This document shows, one piece after another, positions 23,020 to 33,677 of a stretch of DNA of 64,000 nt (position 1 is the stretch's first letter; the number at the start of each line of letters is the position of its first letter). Below the pieces are notes generated by a model, which saw only the letters and a program-made list of their open reading frames with translations, was not told the DNA's origin and did not search any database. The stretch comes from Chiloscyllium plagiosum (Eukaryota). The DNA lies in contig NC_057720.1 of assembly GCF_004010195.1 (NCBI RefSeq), positions 36,065,321 to 36,129,320 of the forward strand. Reading direction: 5' to 3'. A program made the position numbers and the translations under genes.

Positions 23020-24468
23020 TAAATTAATCGGAGGAATGGCAGATGGACTTTAATCCCAATGAGCATGAGGTGATGCTTTTTAGGAGGTCTAATAAGGGAA
23101 GGACTTACACAATGAATGGTAGGTCCCTAGGGTGAACTGAAAAACAAAGATCCTAAAGAGAATAAGCACGGGTAGATAGGGCAATGAAGAAGGCATACAG
23201 ATGTTTGCCTTCATTAGCCTGGGTGTAGAAATAGAAAATGGGGAGATAATTCAGAATTTGAAGTGCAAATAGACTTGGGAGTTCTAGTCCAGCAATATCT
23301 CAAGATAAACTTGCAGGTTGAGGCAATAGTTAAGAAGGCAAATGCAATGATGGCATTTATTTTGAGAGGACTTGAATATAAAAGCAGGGAAGTACTTCTG
23401 AGGCTCTAGTCAGACCACATTTGGAGTATTATGCCCTGTTTTGGGCCCCATATCTCAGGAAGGATGTACTGGCCCTAGAGTGTGCTCAGAGGAAGTTCAT
23501 GAGAAATGTCCCAGGAATGAAAAGCTTAACATTGAGGAACATTTGAGGACTCTGGGTTTATACTTGATAGAGTTTAGAAGAATGAGGGTGGATCTAATTG
23601 AAACATACAGAATACTGAATGGCCTGAGCAGAGTAGAAATTGCGAAGATGTTTCCATTGGTAGGAGAGATGAGGACCTGAGGGCATAGCCTTCGAGTAAA
23701 GGGAAGACCTTTTAGAATGGAAATAAGGAGAAACCTCTTCAGCCAGAGAGTGGTGAATCTGTGGAATTCATTGCCACAGAAGGCTGTGGAGTCCATCATT
23801 GAGTATATTTAAGACAGGTTCTTGAGTATCAAGGGGGGACCAAGGGTTACAGGGAGAAAGTGGGAAAATAGTGTTAAGAAGCTTATCAGCCATGATTAAA
23901 TGGCAGAGCAGACTCAATGAGCTGAATCGCCTATGAGCATCAGATGGACTACATATGGAATACTGTGTGCAATTCTAGTCACCACACTATCAAAAGGATA
24001 TGATTGCACTGGAGAGGGTTCAGATGAGATTCACTAAGATGTTGCCTGAGATGGAAAATCTCAGTTATGGGGTGGGGCTGGAAATGCTGGGTTTTTTTGG
24101 AGCAAGAAGAGGGTGAAGGGGAGGAAAGTTTAAGAAGCATAAATGGGGTAGATTGTGATAATCTTTTCCATATAGAAGATGTTTACGTTTAAAGTGAGAA
24201 GTAAGTGGTTGAGTGGGGAGCAGTGCAAAGGCTTTTTCACTCAGCGGGTGGGAGAAATATGGAACACATATTTTTATCTGAGAGGGTGGTGGAGGCAGAT
24301 TCTCTCACAATAAGAAGCATCTGATGAACACTTAAAATGCCAGAGCATATTAGGCTATAGATCATGTGCATAATATTTTAGATTACTATAGGTTTGTATT
24401 TGTTGGTTGGCATAGTTATGGTGGTGGGCTGAAGGGCCAGGTTCTTTACTGTATGACACTATTGTAAT
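23020..24468 (+). mobile_element. decayed CR1 LINE, outer copy interrupted at about 23235-23935
   Basis: aatggcagatggactttaat...tttgccttcattagcc lies left of the insert. ggaatactgtgtgcaattctagtcacc...actatgtatgacact lies to the right. Confidence 0.75.
23240..23932 (+). mobile_element. CR1 LINE nested in CR1
   Basis: Reads LGLYLIEFRRMRVDLIETYRILNGL followed by its own 3'UTR. Confidence 0.88.
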
Positions 24469-24689
24469 CTTCTGGTCTCTGGTCAGTACCAAACTTGCTG
24501 CTGTAAGAACCATGTCAAAAATTTTATGAACTATCATCAAGATTACTACTGCCACTCTTATTTTTCTAGTTTATATGTAGATTAAAGGCACTCATGACTA
24601 TTGTCATACCTTTACCCTAAGTACTCAGTGTTGCTTCTTGTATACTTCATTCTCCATTGTGGTTATTGTTGTGAGTGTGAGGACAATCA

Positions 24690-24900
24690 GGGACACATTC
24701 ATTTTTACAGTTACTGGCTGTGCTGTCCTTGACCTGCTCTGTGGCTGCAGATTTAGTTTCAAGAGGTGAATATTATATAACCCACAAATTTTTCCAGGAA
24801 TAGGAAGTAAGAGAACTATGACTGGAAAAGCCTAGATGGATAAGGTCTCCTGCTGAGAAACCTTCTCTTCCTCCTTGTCATCCCTCTGTGTGGAGTTCGT
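24690..24900 (-). mobile_element. fossil PIF/Harbinger transposase, N-terminal part
   Basis: Minus strand reads RRPYPSRLFQS*FSY then HLLKLNLQPQSRSRTAQPVTVKMNVS. This aligns in register with 32344-32481 and with the HARBI1-type N-terminus. Confidence 0.6.
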
Positions 24901-25179
24901 CCTCTTATGTGGTGCCTGTGCACTATCTACCCCTTTTACTTGCAGCATGAGGAGAATATTACGTTCACATCCATAACTGAATGTAAATGTTGTGTTCAGA
25001 GAGCTTGCAATTGAACTTGACATCACTCCTTTCAGACATCATCATCCATAACGATCTACTCAAAACATTGAGCGTCACCACAATCTCAAACAAAGTGCAT
25101 AGAAAGAATTAGCAATTAACTGGAAATTTCTTGATGACACTTTTAAATATGAATACTGATGATTGGTAATTCCTTACTA

Positions 25180-25489
25180 TTAGATTAGATTAGATTCCCT
25201 ACAGCATGGAAACAGGCCCTTCAGCCCAACAAGTCCACACCGATCCTCCGAAGAGTAACCCACCCAGACCCATTTCCTTCTGACTAATGCACCTAACACT
25301 ACAGGCAATTTAGCATGGCCAATTCACCTGACCTGCACATCTTTGGATTTTGGGAGGAAACTGGAGACCTGGAGGAAACCCACACACACTGGGAGAATGT
25401 GCAAACTCCACATAGACAGTTGCCCAAGGCTGGAATTGAACCTGGGACCGTGAGGCAGCAGTGCTAACCACTGAGCCACCGTGCTGCCC
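25180..25489 (-). mobile_element. HE1-type (V-domain) tRNA-derived SINE, full length
   Basis: A box tggctcagtgg, B box ggttcaattcc, V-domain gtggagtttgcacattctccc...gggtttcctcc, CR1-like tail and (tctaa)n end. Confidence 0.93.
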
Positions 25490-25759
25490 AGTATTGCTGA
25501 CTGTATTTCTGCAAGATTAAGAGAGGGCATTATTTAGAGTGACAAGATTCAGAATGGCAGTGCTGGTATTAAATCCGCATTAGACATTGACTAACATCAC
25601 AATCAGCCGATTGTACATAGCGCAAGTGCCAATTTGTCAAATGCTCACCAAAATATCTTTGGCATAGGTTATGATAGAAATGAATTCAGCATCATATTGG
25701 TACCAAAATGGCATCAATAGCATGATAACCATGAGCACTATGAAGACAAGTTTTTCAGC

Positions 25760-26290
25760 CAAGAAAAAAGCAAACAGGTCATTCAGCCTCTCCGGCCAGC
25801 TGCACAATTGAGTAAGTTTGTGACTGATCTTACCGTAATTTTGCTTTATTTCCAGTTCTCAAATTGCTTAATTCCCTGAGAGTCTAAAAATTGATAAATT
25901 TCAGATACTCGATGATTGAAGATCCACAGACCTCTGTGGTAGGAAATTCCAAAGATTCACAACCCTCTAGTGAGATGCCTCCTCATTTCAATCCTAAATG
26001 ACTAACCCTTTATTCTAATACTATGCTCCCTGTCTCTGGACTCTTCAGCTGGGGAAATAGTACGTCTGCATCTACCCTATCAACCTCTCAAAATCTTTTA
26101 TGTTTTAACAAGGTTGCCTCTCATTTTTCTAAGCACAATGTACTCAATTTCTCCTCAGGACAAGGCGGGAACTAGTTGGAACAAAGGGTCTGTTTCCATG
26201 CTGTATTACTCAATGACTCTCATTTCTAGAATAAGTCCATTGAACATTAATTATACTCGCTCACAGGCAAGTATGTTCTTCCTTTGGTAG
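25760..26290 (-). mobile_element. degenerate CR1 3' fragment
   Basis: ctctgtggtaggaaattccaaagattcacaaccctct...ctgcatctaccctatcaa matches the minus-strand CR1 copies. Confidence 0.7.
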
Positions 26291-27699
26291 AATGAGTAAA
26301 TTCTTTGCTTCCAGCAGAGATCAATGCTTAAAGAAACTAGGCTACAAAGATGTAACCTCAACTATGTGCTCCATTTAAGCATAATCTTGCCGTCCATTGC
26401 CTTCCTCCCCACTGGGACTGCAGAAGCAAAGTCTACCCATATGTTTTTCCATAACTATCTTGCTGTAAACGCATGCTAATTTATTGCAGCACTGGTGTAG
26501 ATAGTTATACCACGTATATAGCTCATAAACATGCTGCTCTGTGAGCAGTTAGGAAGCAAGAACTATGTGCTTTATTGGGCTTTTTATATGATGCAGAGAA
26601 AAATGTGATATTGTGCATAAGCCTTACACCATGCCGAATGGTAACAAATTGCCATGGAATTACAAATGCAGTATCCATGAAATCAGAAAGTGAATCTTTG
26701 TACAAACACTGTGTGTCATCATTACATTCTATTTGTTTGTTTAATGAACATAGAAAATTCATCTGTAACAGAAATTATACAAGTTTTATCTGTTATTATC
26801 TGGGTTTCCAGATGAGTTATAAAAGGAAAGTAAAGCTATTAATTTTCCGGTGCACTTTTTTTAGTGGGCACATCAAACCATGACTATGATTTTATTGGTA
26901 CAATCTTTGGTTCCAGCATTAGTCATGTTGTGACATGTGAATGCACTTCCATTTACAATTTGGCTGCCAAGAGTTGTCCATGAGTAGCTAAAAAAAATCA
27001 GAACTGAGAATTTCACAATTGGTGAAGCAAATAATTAATCATAACAATTTAACATTTAAGGAGGATGAACTCAATCCAATGGAATATTGTTGAAGGAATT
27101 TAATAATTTGATTTTGCAGATTTACATTAATTATTTGGAAACAGTTCAACTGCCTTTTTACTTCTTTAGGCCCTCAATTGTGGAATAATGATACTGTTAC
27201 AGATTTGGTTATCTAAGGTCTGAATTAAAGATTCAGAGATGATACAAAATCCTACCATAACAAGGGAGTTTAAGAAGAAGCTTATGTAATTTGTTTTCTA
27301 AAGTAGAAACATCTGCCTTGCTTGAGGCATGGTGACCTGTCTCCAAAAGTTATGATCTGTCAGAAAGTCAGCACTGTTCAGTCCCACTTGCCATCTGGAA
27401 TACAACTGGCAGCCCAGTGTTGGTTGCAGGATTGGTTCCCGATAATTGGAGAATCCAGATCAGGGGTCAGTGTCTAAAGATACAGGCAGAGGTTGCCAGA
27501 TCAGACAACTCACTACCTGAGCCATACAAAATTCCACTTCTGGTTTCCAGGACCAGCAGAAGTGGATTCACCTCTGTATTTCTGGCCACTGGACAGAGCC
27601 AAAACCTCCACAATAAATCTCAGCGATAGATTGGTGTTTCTGGTTTTCTTTCTATTATGAAAATTGTTGCTGCCCTCTGAAGATTCTAAACTACTTTTT

Positions 27700-27975
27700 C
27701 TAGGCCATTTGGGCTAAAATTAGGAGAAATATCTTCACCCTAAGAGTGGTGAGCCTGTGGAATTCCATTCCATAGAATGCAGGTGAAGCAAAAGCATTGC
27801 ACGTTTTCAGGAAGGAGATAGATGTAGTTTAGCTACGTCGAAAGAGATCGATGGTATGGGGTGAAAATGGGAACAGAGTTGGATGCTCAGTCATGATCAT
27901 GTTGAATAGTGGGTGGATTAGGCTGAAAGGACTGACTAGCATATTCCTGCTCTTCTTTTTCATGTTCCTATGTTT
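27700..27975 (+). mobile_element. CR1 3' end
   Basis: aggagaaatatcttcaccctaagagtggtgagcctgtggaattc...catgttcctatgtt. Confidence 0.8.
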
Positions 27976-29104
27976 TCAGCTCACTGGCCTCATTCAGACA
28001 GACCCTTACAAAGGAGGTTGGTTGGGTGGCAAGCAAAAGGCCAAGCTATGTTCTTCAAATAGTGATGGGTCTTGCTACTGGTTGGATCCTCACACCTAAG
28101 CCCACAGGATCTGGGCCATCCACTACATGACAAGGCCTTGACCCCATCCTGACTATTCATTTTCTACTTTATAGCCTTAATTGACCCAAGTAAGAGAGTT
28201 CCAGCTGCCAACTACCCACTTATTATCTTGTAGGGTCGACTAGGGTTGCTTGAGGCCAAGTAGATCAGGGCATCACATAAATAGTAGGATTGGAATTGAT
28301 GTGTGTTAAGTTGGAATAAATCCCTGACCAGAAAAGTATAAGCTTGGACTCTGCCTATGTAACATTTTAACCTTGGATGCTTATTATCAACCTCTGATAA
28401 AGTAGCATGGTGCCTGGAAGATGACGGCATGACACCCCAAGCATCCCTCTCAATTTTGACCTTTTCCCTGTCAGCACGTTTTCATAGTGGGGCGGGGTCA
28501 TAAGATTCTGATACATGTTGCTCATCTCAAATACGGCATAAGTACTAAACTATTGTTAGATCTTGCAGTTTCATGGGAACTGCCAACAAATTGGGGTATT
28601 GAATTGTTTGTAAGCAATTTTCAGATAATTTATTCAAACTGGTAAGAAGGCACAGTTTGGATAATGATGTATAATACATTTGACAATGAAAGGAAATTTG
28701 CAACCTATAACAGGTAATATGTTACTGATTCCAAAGCCATCTTGTACAATGGGCCATCAGAGGCGGTTGAACCCTTCAGTTTGAAACGCCAAAATGTTTA
28801 TACTTGATGTTTTGCAGTCTTTAGTTGTAGTCCTTGGTGCTAACAATCTTTGTTCATATATCAGATGCATAGTCTTCGCTCAAGAAGATGATACCTTGTT
28901 CCCCTGCATCCTGCCTCCCTCACAAACTTATTTACCACCTGTCCCTGTTGATATATCTTATTTTGGGAGCTGGCAAACTGCGCTATGTAAATCACCTGTC
29001 TGAACCCTTTCAGCCATTGACTCTGGGCAGCTACTCGTGATGCTACTATGATCACTGTCCCATTACCAGCGTTCATCTGAAGGTCAGTTTACCATTCTTT
29101 CTAA

Positions 29105-29358
29105 GAGTCGAGAGTGTGGTACTGGAAAAGCACAGCAGGTCAGGCAGCATCCAAGGAGCAGAAGAATCGATGTTTGGACATAAGTCCTTCATCAGGAATG
29201 AGGGTCTACGAGGGATGCTTGAGGCCATTATCATTCCTGATGAAGGGCTTATGCCTGAAACGTCGAATCTCCTGTTCCTCGGATGCTGCCTGACCTGTGC
29301 TTTCCCAGCACCACAGTCTTGACTCTGATCTCCAGTATCTACAGTCCTCACTTTCTCC
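29105..29358. mobile_element. fold-back PLE-derived mini-element with a 13-15 bp TSD
   Basis: Inverted arms at about 29104-29200 and 29231-29326 with a spacer, plus a tail of about 32 nt on the right arm only. TSD ccattctttctaaga at 29092-29106 and 29358-29372. Confidence 0.93.
29233..29268 (+). ncRNA. minimal type I hammerhead ribozyme, best-preserved copy
   Basis: AUUC-CUGAUGA-A-GGGC(uuau)GCCU-GAAA-CG-UC|GAAU: 4-bp stem I, 4-bp stem II, palindromic ACGU. Predicted GUC cleavage after 29264. Confidence 0.85.
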
Positions 29359-29542
29359 CATTCTTTCTAAGAACCAAAACTGCTTATTTTCCCAAACAAT
29401 GCCTTGATGATCAGAAGCAGTGCTAAATAAATGTTGATGTCAGTTCATTGGAGCATTGTGACCTCATCATCCTGATGATTCTTTACGTTTGTATTTATAT
29501 CCTAGAAATTTGTGAAGCTACTTACTTACTACAATAACAGCA

Positions 29543-29928
29543 GTTAAATTAAATCACTTAATACGCAGGAAATACTAGGAAAATTCAGTTTTAAAAAGAT
29601 CCTGATTTCCAACACTGCTAGTGCTCTAAGTGGGGAAATATAACTACAAATAATTAATATTTGTTGTTAATCATGTTAATTTTAATGGGAAAAATACATT
29701 TCATAATGAGGAGATAAACAGGACCAAATTAATTTGTTAAATTAAATCACTTAATACACAGGAAATACTAGGAAAATTCAGTTTTAAAAAGATCCTGATT
29801 TCCAACACTGCTAGTGCTCTTAGTGGGGAAATATAACTACAAATAATTAATATTTGTTGTTAATCATGTTAATTTTAATGGGAAAAATACATTTCATAAT
29901 GAGGAGATAAACAGGACCAAATTAATTT
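29543..29928. repeat. tandem duplication, 2 x 193 bp
   Basis: 29543-29735 and 29736-29928 differ at two positions (acgcagg/acacagg and ctctaag/ctcttag). Confidence 0.95.
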
Positions 29929-30422
29929 TCTGTTTAAGACTTTTCTATAGCCAAAATTGTTGTAAGGTGTTGTTATGTTGACGGGAATTCTTATTGGTTG
30001 TTGATACTTTTAGCATCACTCTGTGTTGCTACGCAATAGTGTTTGAGAGCTATTTGTGTGCTTCCCAAATCATGTGTAGATGGAGATGAGCAATTTTGAT
30101 TCAGTTGGGGGTAAAAGGGAGAGGAGTATTATGCAAAAATAAAAGCTTTTGCTATCCCTGAACTCTATTCTAATGCACCACCAAATAGTCCTATTGGAGT
30201 GGAATTTGCAGCTGTAATGATAGTGAAACTATCAATGTTCAGCATTATTACCTGATGAAACAGTTAGCAACTTCTGGCATTCTCACATGACAGGTAAACG
30301 TGGGAATCCTGGACTTGCTTTCACTGTTCCCCTGATCCTCTGTAAAGTGCATTGATGAAGTTCCCCAACATATATCAATCTTCAGAAATTAAATAATTGA
30401 TGAGAACACCTCTCATTAGATA

Positions 30423-30533
30423 TTTTTAATCAACCCTTTCAGAGATGTTTTAACATACCTGTGGAGCAGGTGGAACTGAACCTCAGCCTTCTGGCTGAGA
30501 TATATAGACACAACCACTCAATCACAAGAGCCA
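30423..30533 (-). mobile_element. short tRNA-derived SINE
   Basis: Minus strand starts ggctcttgtgattgagtgg (A box), then ggttcagttccacctgctcca (B-box-like), and ends gttgattaaaaa. Confidence 0.6.
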
Positions 30534-30989
30534 TTCATGCATCTTCTTTTGCATTGTAATAATGTTATTAGAAATTAAGACGTTACATTTTATTAATGAG
30601 GAATATCCGGATTTTAAACACTAGTACTACAAAATATCTCATTGGGCCCAGAAAATAAAATTATTATTGGTTCATGTCAAATTTTTTCCATTATAATTGT
30701 TTTTATATTATATTTTACTTCCTGGCTTTCTGCCTATGAGAATTCTTCAATCAAATTGATTGCTTACTCTGCTTGATAGCATCACTATTACAGGACACCC
30801 TCTGAATTGGCTGCAGGTTGAAATTACCTTTGTGAGAAAATTCATTTTACAAAGGTTGCTAGATCTTCTAAGGCAACTTTCCTCCAATACCATTACTTCT
30901 ATGCTAACTGCTAAGTTCAAGCTATTATACAGAGAGCCAATGTCATTCAGATTCAATACTGAAGCTCATTAGAAAGTTAGTTAGACTGG

Positions 30990-31200
30990 AATTTTTTTTC
31001 TGTTACCCTCAGATTAAGCAATGTAATGTTAGCTCCAATGCTGTGATAATGACAGATGTCACATTTCATTAGGGGTAAAATAGAAAATTCCAGTTGATCT
31101 GGTTCATAATGAAGGGGTCAACACTGTCAGCACGAGCTAATATCATGATTAGACAAGTGATATGATATAGCATGGCAAGACTTGACCTGAGCTAGGAATG
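30990..31200. promoter_or_regulatory. candidate conserved non-coding element
   Basis: Apparently TE-free. Contains near-palindromic TGACAGATGTCA (31050-31061), CTGTCA and several TAAT/ATTA cores. Confidence 0.3.
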
Positions 31201-32289
31201 TTGTTTTCATTTTGTTTCCAGCTTTTCTTGTTTTTTGTTAATTAGAATAATATTTATAGTATGTTTCTATGTGAAAAATGTTAAACTAATTTTGAAGTAA
31301 TGACATGCTTCAACAGATTAGCTTTTAAATTGCAATTGCCAATTTCTTAATAATTATGGTTAGACCTATTTCAGTTATAAGCAATAACACTTCTTGATAG
31401 ATTACTAGAAGATGAGACACTGTGTTTGACCAGCTGAAATGTTTGCAAAACTGCCCCCTCAGAATATCATATTTGAAACAACCATTGAGTCCTCAAATGG
31501 GATGTTCTTTTCCTGCTTTGTAAACCTTGCCTTTACTGCTGACTTTTACCCTCGAAATAGATAGATAATTTAGTAATAGTTTACTGTTAGCATAGACAGC
31601 TCAGAAATGTTAATAATGACAAAGTGAAAGTCTATTTTAATCAGTAAGTATATGTTTACCTTAATGTTTCTTAGCTATACCTTGATGAAAATGGTATAAT
31701 ATCATAAGCATTAAGTTCCACAATTATTGTAGACGTTTTACAGTTCTGCATAATGTGTAGTTCTTAATTGAAATGTGAGAAGTTTTTCTTCGAATTAAAA
31801 TTCCAAGCTTTGTGATAAATGTAAAAATATCCTTTAGGTTTGCAGTTCTAAATTCTGATTTTAATTAAGTCTTGCTGGCCTCTACATTGTTGATCAAATT
31901 TAGTAATAGACAGAAAATACGATTTTTAGCTCCGACATTTCCTCTCTTTGGAGATCATTGTGAAGAAATAAAGCTTGCAAAATGTGCTGTAATATCAGGA
32001 AAATTGCCTGATGTCTTTTACATGCTTATGGTTAATCTGAGTATTTGGAAGTTGATTGTTTGCCTGTTAAGACTTTGAAATGACAAATTCATACAGCAAT
32101 CCATGGTTGTGAAATCAAATTGATATGTAAATGCTTTATTGCAAGTCACATCAGGAACTTTGAAGTTATCGTCACATTGATGACACAAGTAAAGCATATA
32201 GATTTTTCTGTCCATGAATGTGGTATTGCAATTTTTAGCAGGTACTTCATTGAAGCAAGAGGAAGAGATGGCAGACCAAGAGTGCAGAG

Positions 32290-32540
32290 TGCTTAGGAGA
32301 CAAAAGCAATGGTGTGCTACAGGAGCTTCAGTATCTGCAATAGTGGACGAGGAGGCTCAAGTTGACAAGGGATTCTGTAACTGAAGTGGGCCATGTGACA
32401 AACAAAGACCTCCAGGAACAGTCAACCATCTGCAATGTATTATTAGTGGCAACAAAGATTGTCACTTCCCTACATTTTTATTTAAATTGACAAAACACCT
32501 AAAGGGGATGTCTTTGGAGCCAGTTACTTTGTTTGCCTTT
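32290..32540 (+). mobile_element. fossil PIF/Harbinger transposase, N-terminal part
   Basis: 32344-32481 reads WTRRLKLTRDSVTEVGHVTNKDLQEQSTICNVLLVATKIVTSLHFY, followed by GDVFGAS. This resembles HARBI1-type ...ALGFY(T)SGSFQ..GD..GISQ. Confidence 0.65.
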
Positions 32541-32799
32541 TGGACATTTGATGTTTTCTATCTTGCACAGCTGTAAAATAATGATAAACTCTCAATATGA
32601 ATTAATTTTATGCAATTATGCAATGCAAATACTTGCATTAATTCTATAAACAAACAGCTGTGTTTGGCCCTTGGGTACTGGAACTTAGTTTCTTCAATGT
32701 GCCCTACCAAATGATTTCTAATTGAAAGAGCAACATGGGTGGATGGATGCATAGCCAATGTACAGGCAGAAGGAAATGCAGATGATCTGTATATTTGTA

Positions 32800-33075
32800 T
32801 TATTGAGAGGGTACAACATTGTTAGAAGTGTCAACTTTTGGGTAAGAGTTGAAACTCAGTACCTGTCAATTTGCTAGCTGGACATATAAGATCACATGAT
32901 ATTATTCCAAAGATAAGCAGGGGAGTTCTTTATAATGTCCAGAAAAAAATCCCTTTACTAATATCTGGTCAGTTTTTTTTTAAATTGATGTTTTTGGGAA
33001 CTTTTTGTGGCTTCTACATGTCCTACATTATAGTAGTGACTCTGCTTCAAAAATGGTTAATTGGATTTGAAGTGA
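32800..33075 (+). mobile_element. Deu-domain SINE (SacSINE1/AmnSINE-related), degenerate
   Basis: agatcacatgatattatt...agcaggggagttct...tatctggtca...cctacattatagtagtgactctgcttcaaaa matches the Deu-domain consensus as I recall it. Confidence 0.65.
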
Positions 33076-33677
33076 GAAGAAGACAATAAGTTTTCTATCT
33101 TCCTCGACCTTAACCTCAAATGTAGTTTCCCACATCCAGATCTGCTGTCAAAAATTCCTCCTTCTTATCTGTAAAACATGACTTGTTGCTGCCCTCTTTT
33201 TCTACCTGTCCCACTTCTTTACCCTCACTTCCCACCATTAATAACGTAATCCAGGTTTGTATCACCCTGTAGTCAAAAATCTCCAATGGTGCCCTGACTG
33301 CCTTCCTCTTACCTACAGAACAGTTAGCCTGATGTTAGCCATGGGAATATACTAGAATCTGTTGTTCAATATTTGGTAGCAAGGCACTTAGGGAAAAAAT
33401 GGTGCAGTCAGAATGGTTTAATGAGGGGGAAATTGTGATTTATAAATCTGTTACCCTTTCTTAAGAGTGTAAGCAGCAGTGTAAATAAAAGAGAATCTGT
33501 GCCTGTAGAACTTAGATTTTGAAAAGACATTCAGTAAGGTGTCACAATCTAAGATTCTTATCCATTTACATTGATAAAAGGTTGGTTAAAATACAGAAAA
33601 CAGAGTACGAATTTCTAGGTCATCTTCAGATTAGCAGACTCTCGTCAGTGGGTTGCAACAAGGATCTGTATGAGACG

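Noticed and set aside
30252..30280. CTGATGA as another hammerhead (likewise at 56131)
   Set aside because: No stem II hairpin followed by GAAA and UH.
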